Shown piece by piece: positions 12,436-26,691 of a stretch of DNA of 64,000 nucleotides (within the stretch, counting starts at the first letter, position 1; each line of letters begins with the position of its first letter). The stretch comes from Eledone cirrhosa. Taxonomy: Eukaryota. The translations under genes were made by a program, and so were the position numbers. A model generated the notes under the pieces. That model was not told where the DNA came from and searched no databases. It saw only the letters and a program-made list of their open reading frames with translations. The stretch covers positions 153,884,001-153,948,000 of the forward strand of contig OZ024742.1 in NCBI GenBank assembly GCA_964016885.1, written 5' to 3'.

Positions 12436-14072
12436 TAATAACAATATACGATTCCATTAGGAGCTATGCGTACTTATATACATATATACACTATATTTTA
12501 TAGGGAGAATTAAACACAAGATTGCCATTTCTCCCCAATTTATCCTTGATCGAAGTGATTGTGTCGAGGGAGAAATGTCGCCTGTCTTAGAATCACTGAT
12601 ATTTGGACAACACTGATTTAGCTGGATTGTTTCCAGAACAGTTAAATACCAAATATACTTCGGTGATATACATTTACTGTATTTGAATGCACTGTATGTG
12701 TATTTAGATTAGACTTGGTCCATCGTGTCGTAAGTATGCTTTTGTAATTTACGTTGTCTTTTCTATATTTAATCTTGTTAACGTCTAGATAAAGTTACAA
12801 CTGATTTTCAAAAGAAATATACATCAATTAAAAGAGACATATGTGTTAATAATATAAGAACTGGCCTTAGAAATAGAAATATATTCTAGTTATCTATATC
12901 AAATTGATGAACACTTAAGTTGAGCTTGAACATATTTGAACTCAATTTGCATATATCCAAAATGAATATTGTTCGGCCTGGTATCCGATGCAATCCTACA
13001 CTCCGAAACATGATCAATTGCCGCATCATAACAATATACCACATTGCATTTAGTTTCCATCGATTGATCTTATCCAATGGCAATTTCAGATTAAATTTAC
13101 ATATATTTCATATTTTATCGTGTGACATGGTTCAGATTTAAATAGATGGTACACGTCGCTTCATTAAAAGTGCTCTATAGCAGGAGGCATTGCATCATTG
13201 TTCATCACTTCGTTGCCTGAATGTCAGACAATGTGATTTAGTCAAATGCTAATAGAATTCCAGGACAAATGCTATACTTTGTTTACAGAAATATTCATGG
13301 CCATTCCTCACCATTTACAACGGTAAATGTATGTCTATTTTATGTATGTATGTATGAGAGATGACCCCTTAGCCTTTGTCCGGGAGAGATGACCCCTTAG
13401 CCTTTGTCAAGGCAGAATTCTAGGAGAAGGACAACTCTGATATAACACCTGCAACCCTGATGGTATCCAATGATGTTGACTTGTTCTTCTTTTTAGTAAA
13501 TATCATCTTGGTTAAAAGAGTGGGACTGGTTTTGTGCAGTGCCTTTGCTCACTGTAAAAGCTTCACGGCACAGGCATTGCTTTATATCTGGTGAACTTTC
13601 TGCACTTGTAGTCACATGGTACCATGGGCCCAACACTGTGTGTCAATAATTGTAACAAGTGTAGTGTTTGTACCAGGGTTTTCAAGTCGCAGGCTGGACT
13701 AAAAAGTCACACTCGTTCAGCGCATCGGTAGGGGTTCTCCTACATGAATATAAAGTAGTGGCCGTACTCGAAAACGAGTTGGCAGCCACCATGTATGTAT
13801 GTATGTATATGTATGTGTGAGTGTGTATGTGATTATGAACGTATGTAAACATGCACATACGTATGTACACGTGTATGTATATGTATTCGTATGCACGTAT
13901 GTGTCTGTGTGTCTGTTTGCGTGTGTATCTGAGGGTGTGTGTGTGTATGTGTGTGTGTATGATGTGACAATACTCCCTAAATTCAGTATCTAATTTGGCA
14001 TTACTCCATTGTCACACCTATTGTTTTATAGAGGTGTGTCATTCACACTACACACGCACCCACACACACACA

Positions 14073-14133
<61 letters not shown>

Positions 14134-14140
14134 ACACACA

Positions 14141-14187
<47 letters not shown>

Positions 14188-14774
14188 CTATATGTATATA
14201 TATCTGAATAGATTTAGGATTTAGCTTCCTTCATAGCTGCATACGGATATGTATTGAAATTTCTTATTTCTAAAGAAATACGGTATATTTATGGATAAAC
14301 ATTTAGAAAGACATAGCCATGCATATCACCGGGCTCTCTTCATCTGGTGGTGTCCAGCAGAAGCAAAGGGGGACAAACATATACACACACACACACACAT
14401 AAACACAAACACCACACACATGCAATCAGAGAGGGGTTTCAAGAATGGCCCTGAAATAACTTGAAAAAATACAGAAACATTGACAAGTCAATGTTTGTGA
14501 GGTAATATTTGTTAACTGAGAATTAAATGGAAGAGATCTTAGGCGAGGTAGACATAAGAAGAATTTGAATATATATAAATTATATGACAAATAAGACAGT
14601 GAAAACTTCAGAAAAACATTAAAATATTAAATGCATTGAAATGGCTCTATAAAAAGTTAAGAAATGTTTCATCTCTGGTGTGCACAACCACAAAAGGATA
14701 ATGGCTTAAGGATCCGGAGGAAAGAATCGATAATACGTTAACTCATACGGTGAAGGTCATACGGTGAAGGTCAT

Positions 14775-15230
14775 ACGGTGAGAAAATCATTCCAATTCAC
14801 GTGGCGCATTCTTGCGGGTAGCCAAATCAGTCCCTCATTGTCGATAGTAGTAATTAAGGAGGTGAATCGGGGATCAAGTACGCAAAAAGCTCCCACTAAC
14901 ATAAGTTCATTGATAAAAATATAGGAATATGTTCGGTATACTAACAGTTTACAATCTTTAATGTCGGCTACGAAACGTAGATCGTTTGCTGGAATGCCTT
15001 GTTGGTGCATGTGTTGAATCGGGTAGCGGTTCAGATATAGGGATTACAAGAGGATAGCAAAAATGTGTTGACATCTGGCCTTTTGCTGTCGTCTCGGTGT
15101 AGCGGCAACAGATCGATGGGAAGCTTGCTTCATAAATAACACATTTACCTATGTTGTTGAACGCAGCATACAGTGGGAGGTGACCGGCACCGAGGTTGCA
15201 AGACGGAGGTTTTCTCACTATATTTTTGTA
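14775..15230 (-). mobile_element. Possible Gypsy pol C-terminal relic
   Basis: Weak motifs YSE.LRL, PTRHSSKRSTF..KDC, RMRHVNW resembling invertebrate Gypsy integrase tails. Confidence 0.3.
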
Positions 15231-16845
15231 ATGAATGCGGAAATTATTTCACAATATAAATCAAGGAGTGTCTTTAGATCGCAAAATCCTATATAATACA
15301 GCATGTTGACTTTTCATGAATTTCTTTTGAGATATTGTGTTTTCTCAAATGTCATTTACTATCAGGTTACCAGATAAAGTTTGATAAACTTGTATAGTTC
15401 GCACAATGTTGCTTCTGAAATGAGTGATGCTGCTGGTGATATCCAGTTTTAAATGAATTAGATATTTATCCAATAATTGATTTTCAGGCAGCGTTGATGT
15501 ATATATTGGAATAACAATACATTTAATGGTGCATTGACTCTATGCAAGCCGTCGATTTCGTCTGTGCGATTAGAAATTCAATACATTTATGCAAAGAAAG
15601 GAAATACATTTTAGATCTGTTCATATTAGATAATGACTGTCTGAAATTGGATGGGGTGGAATATGATACTTTCAAGCAATTTATTTCCGCACTGAATACA
15701 GCGGCGTAGAGGATATACGGAGATTTAAACTGCTAGTTATCTCTCTCTATAAATATCTGTTTCCCTTAAGCCGCGATGTGGAAATTTATATATATGGTAA
15801 TGGCATAGACACACGCGTATACATGTGTGGGTATGATGCCCGCCTTAACCAGTTTTGCTCGATGATCGAATGAGATAATTTAATCAAAATAATTAAAATA
15901 TTACCATAATTAGCATTATATATCAACTTACAATTACTTGGAAAAATTAGATAAAAATATACCTATTTTTTCTTCGAGGTCCCGACTGCGAATTCCCCGG
16001 ATCTGTTTGCAGCAAATTATGCACAATCACTGTGAGGTTAACAAGGCTTATCAAGAGACCCCTCAGATAGTTTAGTGTTTCTTGACGCGTTCGTAACAAG
16101 TGAGACATTCTCGAGACGCTGAGTGAGAAATGAACACGTGATACATTGGTCTGAGAAGGGTAGTAAAGGTGGACGATAAGCGAGTACCGTATTTGCTAGA
16201 AAAAGCAGTTAGTACACGCCGAGTTATCTCGGCCATAGAGGAGTTTGTGATCATATGTTAATGATATACACACATATATATAGGCACATATGCGTGATTT
16301 GCTCGTTGACCGAAATAGTTAAAATAATCAAATGAATTAAAATTATTCAATAGGTTGAGCTATTTATCAAAATACAAATGCGAGGAAATAATTGACAAAA
16401 ATATACCTATTTTTACTTCAAAGTAATATTTGAGACAACCAGCGGATGGGACCCGATTTTCTGATAATAGTGAGAAATGGAGAGAGTGAGAGAAACGGAG
16501 GCATTGACAGTGGGAGTTTTGTTCCATCATTGTGTTCAGACTAGTTGTACATATTTACCAGTCCACATTTTCTTCAGGAACTCATTAATCTTCAAGTTAA
16601 TTTGCTTGGTATATCTCAATAGTGTTTGATCTTTTAGTATATTTCTTTTATACATATCTATCTATCTATATATTGATATATATATATACATATGTATATA
16701 TATATATATATATATATAATTAGAATTGGTGCTCTGAAATAGCGATGTATATATGAATGTATATAGAGTGTATTTGGTAATACACTGTATGCTTAATTAA
16801 AATCATTTTGAAGACCTTACTTCTTTTTTCAACAAACAATGGGAG

Positions 16846-16966
16846 ATCAGCTGACAGATCTCTGTTTCATACTGTTGGTATTCCTAAGAGCTTAGCACTC
16901 CCCTTGTTTGTTGAACATTATGAATGTTGGATTCTTATAGAATTCCAGTAATCATCAGGAAGTGAT
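16846..16966 (-). ncRNA. Type I hammerhead ribozyme with extended stem II
   Basis: Minus strand: ATCACTT-C-CTGATGA-T-TACTG...CAGTA-T-GAAA-CAGA-GA-TCTG-TC-AGCTGAT; GUC cleavage site. Confidence 0.7.
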
Positions 16967-17213
16967 TATACAGAGCGGTTGCCGTTCCAGTATGAAACAG
17001 AGATCTGTCAGCTTATCTCCCTTTGTTTGTTGAATACATAAGTAAGTAACATAGTGACTACTATAAAGCAATAGCGTAACGTCATCAGAATGCTTTTAAT
17101 AAAGCATACATTGTATTACCAAATACTCTATATATACATTCACATATACATCGCTATTTCAGAGCATCAATTCTAATTTTCAATTTTTGCTGGACCGGCA
17201 ACCGCTCTGTAAA

Positions 17214-17333
17214 ATCAGTTCCTGATTATTACTGGAATTATATAAGAATCCAATATTCATAATTTTCAACAAACAAGGGGAGTAATAAGCTCTGAGGAAT
17301 ACCAACAGTATGAAACAGAGATCTGTCAGCTTA
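17214..17333 (+). ncRNA. Second copy of the extended-stem II HHR, core mutated (CTGATTA)
   Basis: Same layout as 16846-16966 with G8 changed to T. Confidence 0.5.
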
Positions 17334-17456
17334 AATCCCTTTGTTTGTTGAAAAAAGAAGTAAGTGAAATAGTTACTACTTTAAAACAATAGCGTAAGGT
17401 CTTCAAAATGTTTTTAATTAATCCTACGGTGTATTACCAAATACACTATATATACA

Positions 17457-17580
<124 letters not shown>

Positions 17581-18379
17581 AATATATATATAGAGAGAGA
17601 GAGAAAGAGAGATAATGGGAAGAAACGGTTTGAATAACATCTAAGTATCCATGTATATATGTCTGTGTGTAATCATACATTAAAATAGTAATACTATTAG
17701 TTTCTATTGTTGTGAAACTGACGAAGACTAAATAAACTGAAAAAGGCTAAATAATGAAAACTTCTAAAGGTTGTAGACGCATTTCTATATAATCGTTAAT
17801 ATATAATATCCTTTGCCAATAATTCTTCTCTATTGAAATGGTATATTAATCACTACGTCTGTAAATTTAGTAAGATATTTTACTAAGATATAATTGTTTC
17901 TTTGCAAAAATAAAATAGACTTCTTCAGAAAAGCTAAATTAAATTTTTGAAAATAATATGCATTTTTTGCCTATTATCGATTTTGAATTGGCAATCCTTC
18001 TTTCTTTTGTTATATTCAGATATTTCTTGCATTAATATACTTTTATAAAATTATAAAGAATTATGATGAACAATAAACTTCAAATTTGATATTTTTGCCT
18101 AGATTCAAATGTGTTCTGATCAACAAAAACTGAAATATCTGCAATGGATGAGTTTTGCTCCATTGAACGACTATGCAATTATTAAGCAATTATTATGCAA
18201 TTATTATGCAATTATGCAACATATGCAATTATTAGTTGCAAGCACCATCTACCTATCTATATTAGTGTGCTGAACAGAATATTTCTCGAGAAGGAATTGT
18301 GTTTGTACATGCTAACATGTAATTGAACTAAATATTAAATCAATCTTTTATCAGTGCATTGCGAATAATTTCTTGAGAG

Positions 18380-19955
18380 AATAGGTGTCCCAGTCATCGT
18401 AGCATTGAATTTCATTCCCGCCGTGAAAAATGCGACGTCAAACCTATCTAGCTCGTGCCGGAGATCACCTTCTAACGAGTCATCTGTAAATTCTATTCGA
18501 TTGATCATATTCCCGCCAGTCGTGAAACGCCTTCCAACCCGGCTGAACATATCAATCTAGTTCATGAAGATTATAAACAAGAGAGGTGAGAGTACGCACC
18601 CTTCGCGAAGTCCGTCTACCACATTGTAAGGTTTCGATTTAACACCGTTTATCTGAACGCAAATACTAGATTATTCGTATAGACAGATCAGGTCAACAAG
18701 AAGCTATCCATCAATCTCATTCTCCTGCAGAACTTTCCGCAGCAGTTCACGTGGAGCACGGTCGTATGCGTTCTCGAGATCCACAAATGAAGCATAGCCT
18801 CTTAGTAATAATCCATGATTTCACTACTGCCGTAGTATGAATATTTGGTCGGCTGTGATGCGGCGAACACTGTTCATCAGCTAGCTTGGAGTCGACAAGC
18901 TCCCTACATCTTTTTGCCAGACACTTAGTTCAGACTATACCGGAGATATGTAACAAGTAGATTTTTATTTAATTGGAACAACATCTTGTTTCTTTTTTTA
19001 AACTTGATATTATCACTCCCTATGTTGTCATTGCTAAGATGCATTTCTCGTGATCCAGGCCTCCGGCACACAGGTGTCGGCTGGAGTATATCATCTCTAT
19101 TTATGTCTTATAACATTTGTCGAATTCCATCCTCCGCAGCTGCCTTACCGCATTTCAGCTATTTGATTGCTTTTGTTACATCAGCCTTCTAGGGATCCAT
19201 CATCACTCCCAGATGCGTGTATCATAAAATGTTGTAACCGTTTTTAGAGAATAACAACTACTCTATCTCATCTCGCGAAGATGCACTTCTCTGAACCCTA
19301 GACGCTTTCCTGAGAGCAGGAGGGAAGTCGTCTTATAATGAATCAGGTGTTTGATCTATCAGAACGCTTTGCTGATTTGAGATCGGATTCCAGCTTAAAC
19401 GCAAAGTCCTCCCATTTCTCAATGATGCCTTTAATGTCACTTCATTCGGTAATCTAAGGAAAGGAGGTAGGTGTAAAAGCCAAACTAGCTATCTTCAAAT
19501 CGGTGTTGGAGCCAAACATGGTAATGAGATTTGTGTAATGGCGAATAACAGAGGCCGAAATGGAGTTCTCCGAATGGTCTTTGGGGTAATCTTACTCGAT
19601 AGAGTCCGTATCTCTCAGTGTCGCTATTGGTACGGACGCAGAGATCACAGCGGCAATACTATGGGGATGTGATTCGAATGTATACGGAAATAACGCTGGA
19701 CATATTTTAAGGGCAAAAGTAACAACCAGGAGACACAGAGTAAGACCCTGAGCAAAATGAGGGGATAACATCCATGAGCTCGGCTGGTAACGCCGGGGGA
19801 TCCAGCCAAAACATTTCGAAACCATTATTTCTGAAAGGTTCCGCTAGAATGAGTGTTTGAGAACTCTGCCTTCACGCTCCTCCCAGAAGAAGAAGAAGAA
19901 GAAGAAGAAGAAGAAGAAGAAGAAGAAGAAGAAGAAGAAGAAGAAGAAGAAGAAG
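18380..19955. mobile_element. RTE-clade LINE with inverted RT segment (minus) and 3' end plus (GAA)n tail (plus)
   Basis: Minus: KAIK.LKCGKAA, FVDLENAYDR, GLREGCVLSPLLFIIFM, EFTDD. Plus 19575-19885: ERSQRQYYG.VIRM and IHELGW*RRGIQP..LRTLPSR, then (AAG)n 19886-19954. Confidence 0.8.
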
Positions 19956-21756
19956 GGCATTAATTGTTGCAGATTAAGGAGAAAAGATTGTTGGTTTTCC
20001 CCCCTAAACTTAAAAAGAAAATCACATTGGAAGCATTTTAATAATGTTGTTCTACAGTCCTAGTTCGGCAATTATACAATATTGTTTAACTTATAATGCA
20101 CCTGAGATAAAATGCGGCCTTTCATTTTTAAATATATATGGTATGAATTGAGGGAGATTTAACTATTGATAATTTATATGTCACGCTTGAAAATAAAAAC
20201 ACCTGTGTTTTCTGTATTATTTAATATTTCATAGAAGATTCCACTATTTGAACGTAACTCTCGTATTTTTTTTTTTTTTTTTAAATTAAAAAATTAGAAG
20301 TGTTGGGATATGACTATTAACTCTAAAATATGTTTTAAAATACAACAAAACTATCACTGATCTGATTGTAATACACATAATTAATGACATTTCATATTAA
20401 CTTTATTGAATAAATAATCAGTTAATTTGGCGAATGTGCCCACATTATTCACATACACACATATATATAAATATATTATATAGGCATGTATGTAGGTGAT
20501 GTACATTTATGAGTTCATTTCTACATTCGCTTCTGAATCGTGAGCTCCTAGGTTTGATCATGTATTGTCGAGTTCTGGGTAAATGATGAGAATTATTCAA
20601 TATTTTATTCCGTGAATCAATGAATAGATAGTTCTCTCTAATAAACAAGTGGAACTTTCATCAGTTAACATTTCTTATATATAATATATCTCTGGGAAAT
20701 GGGAAAATGGACATTTCTTTCCACGTCTCCATTTATAATATGTTTGATGCGATTTTGCTTCATTTCAAAGATTAATGCTATTTTCATATTCATAAATATT
20801 AAAATTGCAAGATTTGTAAATATTGGAGTGATTTACATCGTTAGTACTATGCCTCTGCTATATTCACTTTCATAAGCCTTTACAGAAATTCCATTTCAGG
20901 GGTTTCTTAAGTAAATAGAATTATTCAAATTATGGTTTCATATTTCAGGTACGTATCAAAACAGGCTTAATGTGAAAATTATAAGCTTATATTTACTACT
21001 ATCTAAGTGGAAATAAATTTTATATTTTGTCAGTAAGAATCGATACTTGATTTATTTATTACCCTTTCAGTTGCCCTTCAATTAAATAATAAATCAATCA
21101 GCTTATATTACGTGTAATGATATTGTAACCAATGCAATGCATTTATTTGAACTGTCTTGCGTATATTGTTCATTGGTAATGTCTAGCTTCATTATTGAAT
21201 TATATCTTAGCGAATTACTTCGTTTTTATTGTTATATATCGATTCTCTGCTGAAAATATATAAGGTGTACACAAGGAAAGAAGCAAAAGAAAACCACGGT
21301 GGGAATAACAGATTTCTTTCCACGTTTATTATTACTTAGTTTATTAGATTTTTCTATGAGGATGTGATTGAGGAATTTATCTTCTGATTACTGCCATCTA
21401 TCATACCATGCAGCTAAAATAGATATAAAATAACAGCGACAAAAGAAGAAAAACACTTAAAATATATACAACACGACTCCTAGAAATATTTTCAACAAGT
21501 AGTAAAGAATATTTAGAGCTAATGTCGAATAGGATTTATTAGAATGAATGGGACAGGAGAAAAAACTACGGATTACAATTTTAAACGCAAATAATGTTTA
21601 AATAAATGTCGAAACATTACGGTAAAGGAAGACGGATTACCATGCATGTTTTGTATGTTTCCTTTCCCCAAAAATTTCATAATATAGATACCTTAATTCG
21701 AAGGCCTAATGGAGTCACAGACACAGATACCAACAAGCACACACACACACACACAC

Positions 21757-21893
<137 letters not shown>

Positions 21894-23424
21894 CGCCTGC
21901 GTGTATTTATGCCTGTGTCTCTGTGTCTGCGACTACATTACACATACTCTCTCTCTCACACACACACAAACATATATATATATATGTGTGTAAATCAAGA
22001 TGGATACAGTAGGAAATTGGTTTATATATTCGTTATCAAGCTTGCATATTGTTTCTCTTGAGTTTCTCTTGAGTAATTCCTGTGGGGTTTACCATTGTAG
22101 TATATTATGCGCTTTTTACCGACCGTCATTATTACGTGTAGAGAACAGCAATAAACCGCTTTACACTCGCACGTAATTCCTCTCTTGATGCTCGCACGTT
22201 TCTAAACAACTTTTAAAGAACTGGCCTTCTTAGTATTTCATATTGACAAGTAGCTTTTTCAAAAAAAATCGTATACAATATTTAATTTCGTTTTATTTCA
22301 TGTTATTTTATCAGGCTAGAAAATTCGTGATTCTGTTTTACTTTAATTAGAATTTTGCCATTATTTTAGGATGGACATAATGTGTAACGGATATTTTAGG
22401 ATTGCTTCTGAAGGTATGGCAAAGTCTAAATTGTCTATCAAAATTGTTTTGGAGGTATCATTATATCTTTTATTGAGCAAACATTTATTAGCTAGACTAT
22501 ATTAAGAAATAACGAAGGACTAACTTTCAAAATGTAATGTGACGTAACTATCCCATTTTCAGAAGTAGCTATATGTTGCTTCAGTGATGCTGGCATTCAT
22601 TAACATTCAGGAAATGTTTACATGATGCGGACTTCTTTTACATCTTTTGTTTAAATAAGCAACTGATTTTGGTTACATGCAACACATGTATAGTGAGTAT
22701 TATTTCCACATTTCTTTCTCTTTCTCTCAGGATGCTATTGTTTTCACGGCTTAGTTTGTACTTAAATGTACACATTGATAACTGCAAAATATTTTTAGTA
22801 TTTTATGAACAACAAACCGATAGAATGTGATGATGTTTATGTTCCCCGTAGCAAATACCATCTCAATTACAATCAACGCATGCATTAAAGAACATGTTTA
22901 CCGTTTATTACTAAAAGTTGACGTATCATAAATACTTTAAGGAATGCTTGACCAATCGTCATATTATACGTAATTATGGATAAACGACTGTACATGAATT
23001 TTAGTCAATATTATTAATCGTTCGATAAAAGACAAATTACTTTCGAATTATACATAAACGTCCTGCATAAAACTTTTGGATACACCTAAAGTTAATTCAA
23101 GAGAAACATAAAGAAAGTTTATAAGTGAAATTTGTCTTTCTTAGTTTCTCCAAATAATTTCTAAGGAGATATGAATATGTGAACAATTTCTGGCGTGGAA
23201 ATAACACATCAATACAGTTTAATGTCAAGAAGTAACTTATTAATAAAGTTCAATATCTAAATGTACATAGCCTAAATAGATGCAACACCTTACAGCCAGA
23301 GTAACAGAATATCAGCTATTACCGGAAGACATTTTAAATGATAATTATGGAACATTCTTCAAATTAGAACACATATATCTGCGTGTATATACATGTGCAC
23401 ACACACACTGACACACTGAGACAA

Positions 23425-23523
<99 letters not shown>

Positions 23524-23558
23524 AAGAGAGTAAAACAAACACGCTCCAGTATTTTAAC

Positions 23559-23647
<89 letters not shown>

Positions 23648-23950
23648 GATAATTCTACTAAAATATACGTATGAAGAACTCAATGTAATGCAAATATAAT
23701 GAAAAGATAAGGTGTATTCAAACATTTTTTCGATGAAAATTACAGGAAAACAGAGTAAAGATATATTAATAAAAACGATGAATAAAAACAAAGAAACAGT
23801 TCCTTATATTAAAAAAAATCATCATTTTACGATCGTTTGTTGGATATATATGTGTGTATTGGAATGTATATCATATAGATCTGTGTAAAAATGTTACAAA
23901 CTATCAGAGGAAATATACATACCTACACATATATATGCTGCTTTCAGAAA

Positions 23951-24142
23951 TAATTGTTTCTACTTTTAGGCACAAGGCCAGCAATTACCCAGTGCATTAC
24001 TGGTACCTTATTTTATCGACTTCGTAAGGATGAAAGGCAAAGTCAACCTCGGCGGGATTTGAACTCAGATCGTAAAGGGACGTAACTATGCTGGAAAGCA
24101 TGGCGTCCGACCCTCTACCGATACTGCCAATCCACCGCTGTC
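23951..24142 (-). mobile_element. Full-length SINE with TSD
   Basis: TTCAGAAATAAT at 23943-23954 and 24143-24154 flanks a complete family copy. Confidence 0.9.
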
Positions 24143-24159
24143 TTCAGAAATAATGATAT

Positions 24160-25205
24160 TTGTTTATTGAAAAACAACAACAACAATTTAATATAATAGG
24201 TCTGTTTGGGAACAGGTTTTGAATTGACCAATAGAAAAGTAGTAAGTGGTCAAGTTGATAGAATAGTAGTAGTAGAAATTTAATTTAGGGGTAGAGCAAT
24301 GCAGGCTTAAGTTTTGAATGGAAATAATGCTTTGAATGAAAGATTACTTTGGGGATGAAAAGAGGTCAAGCCGGTGAAAGGTACACGGAAAGTTGATGTT
24401 ATTAAAGAATAATGCTAGTGTTAAAATCGAAGGAGAATAACATGAATAACATTTTATTTAAAATACAAGGAATTTAGATCTATAACAATAAATAAATTTA
24501 TATTAATTCATATAGATGTGATAAATAAGAGTTAGATGTTATTAACAAATGTTGTTAAAAACGAACGAAAAACATGTTGGGATAAATATATTAGTGAGAA
24601 ATACCAATCTTATATAGACTACAAGGAATTTAGATTCATAACAGGAAATTAAAATAGTTTATATGTATACTTATAGGTATTAATTTTAGGCAAAGAGAGC
24701 TGTAAAAGGGAAATAAAATTAGGAATGTCTTTGTAGTAAAATACTAATTATAGTTTAACTAAGTAAAAAAAAAATAATTATAATAATTTGTAAAATATAA
24801 GTGTAAGGTGTATATTAATTAGATTCATAATATTTGAAAGTTCTTCGAATTCTATGATTGCACCATATAAATAATTCTGTCGCTTATTTAATAGGATATC
24901 CTTAGATTTCATTATTTCAAAAAGTTCCTGGGAATATAATCTACACTTATATCTGTTATTTTGATAAGGGGTGGCCCTTTTGAGTACACTCCTGGTCAGG
25001 TTATAATCGATATTCTTTTTTCTATAATTATTAATTATTTCAGCCAAGGATGTTGTATTAGCTAATGCGGCATTTTTAAAACTATGTATGTGGGTATTAA
25101 ATTTTACTTTAAATTGGTTAGAAGTAGCTCCTATATATGAATAAGTAGAGTCCTTAGTGCTAATTTTACATTTATATACTATGTTATTAATAAGACAATT
25201 TCATT
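24160..25205 (-). mobile_element. Hydra-like PLE GIY-YIG 3' fragment with AT-rich 3' UTR
   Basis: Minus: CLINNIVYKCKI..YIGATSNQFKVKFNTH..SF..ATPY..CRL..LLNKR. The 3' boundary is uncertain. Confidence 0.75.
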
Positions 25206-25217
25206 ATGTATATATAT

Positions 25218-26059
25218 ATACAAATATAAATTAGCGAGAATCGTTTTCAGCTCAGGAATTAACGAAAATCAACGTCCGATATGTGTGGCAAGCGCTCGAT
25301 GAATCATATGAATCAGAGCTACAACATACGTTAAGGGCCAAACACACTGAGATGATGGTTAAACATATCATCCGCACAGCCAAAACAAAACGACCAAGTA
25401 ATTCGGGTCAAACAATAAAAATATATGTGTTGATACTTTCCCGGACCCTGGACTGATGGTAAAATCCAGTATTGGTTTCTGCGACTCCAAATCAGGTACT
25501 GTCCGCCTACATAAAGAATGTTGGTCTTCTGGTGAGATGATGAACAAGGCAGTCGTGTTATCAACGGGTTTTGCTCCAAGATGCTATAGATAGTGTGGCT
25601 ATTACTGACCCCTCGTGGGATTCAGCAAGGGAGGTAACACCTCTATTAAGCGAATGATTCAGTTGTGTATTATTGCGAGAATGCAAAACATCACAAATCG
25701 AATAAAGCTCTCGACAGAATGGTTAAATATAACAGAGCTATTCAGCAGTCAATATAAGTAACTGAAAAAATCAATAAAATTAACAGCTCAATAGCTAGAC
25801 TCTGGAGATTAATACAAATATTTATTAGCGAGAATCGTTTTCAGCTCAGGAATTAACGAAAATCAACGTCCGATATGTGTGGCAAGCGCTCGATGAATCA
25901 TATGAATCAGAGCTACAACATACGTTAAGGGCCAAACACACTGAGCTGACGGTTAAACATATCATCCGCACAGACAAAACAAAGCGACCAAGTAATTCGG
26001 GTCAAACAATAAAAATATATGTGTTGATACTTTCCCGGACCCTGGACTGATTGTAAAAT
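25218..26059. mobile_element. Non-coding partial-tandem element (period 594 bp, 235-bp direct repeats) between TA tracts
   Basis: 25231-25465 is nearly identical to 25825-26059; short (TA)n on both flanks. Confidence 0.7.
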
Positions 26060-26121
26060 ATATATATAGGTGTCTTTATGTGGCAAGTTACACGACAGTG
26101 AAGCACACATCTCACAACATT

Positions 26122-26305
26122 ATTGGCAGTATTGGTAGAGTATCGGATGCTATGATTTAACGCATAGAGTTACGGCCCTTGCCCTTCTGTGTTCAAATCC
26201 CGCCGAAGTTAACTTTGTCTTGCATCCTTACGGGGTCGATAAAATAAAGTACCAATAATACACTGGGTAATTACTGGCCTTGTGCCTAACGTAGACACAC
26301 TTATT
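26122..26305 (+). mobile_element. SINE copy
   Basis: TGGCAGTATTGG A box, GTTCAAATCCC B box, family core and tail. Confidence 0.85.
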
Positions 26306-26574
26306 GCTCTAATTTCAGTCTAGTGTATGCTCAAATGTAAATTCATGTAAATCACTTAACGGATTAAATAAAAACATACAAATCCGTCAATTGACACATA
26401 TGCTCCAGAAAGACATAAAGTTTCGGTCGGTACAAACAAATGTCGCCAGTCACTTTACACTGACTTTTATGTACATTTACAAATATATTTACATTTGTTT
26501 GTGCAGTTAAGTTTAGAATAAACAGAAAATATTTATTCTTGTAGAATTATTACTTCACTACATGTATATGCTAA

Positions 26575-26691
26575 ATAATTGTTTCTACGTTAGGCACAAG
26601 GCCAGCAATTAACCAGTATATTACTGGTACTTTATTTTATCGACCCCGTAAGGATGAAAGGCAAAGTTAACCTCGGCGGGATTTGAACTCA
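26575..26691 (-). mobile_element. 5'-truncated SINE with 16-bp TSD
   Basis: ATGTATATGCTAAATA at 26562-26577 and 26692-26707. Confidence 0.9.

Noticed and set aside
12495-12740. Splice-like acceptor and donor pair (TTTTATAG at ~12503, GTAAGT at ~12730); similar acceptors at ~22730 and ~41896
   Set aside because: All frames are closed and such signals arise by chance; transcript data are needed.
23820-23915. HHR-like trace downstream of the 24-25 kb PLE (minus: CTGATA-GTTTGT..ACAAAC-GATCGTA)
   Set aside because: Both core halves are defective.
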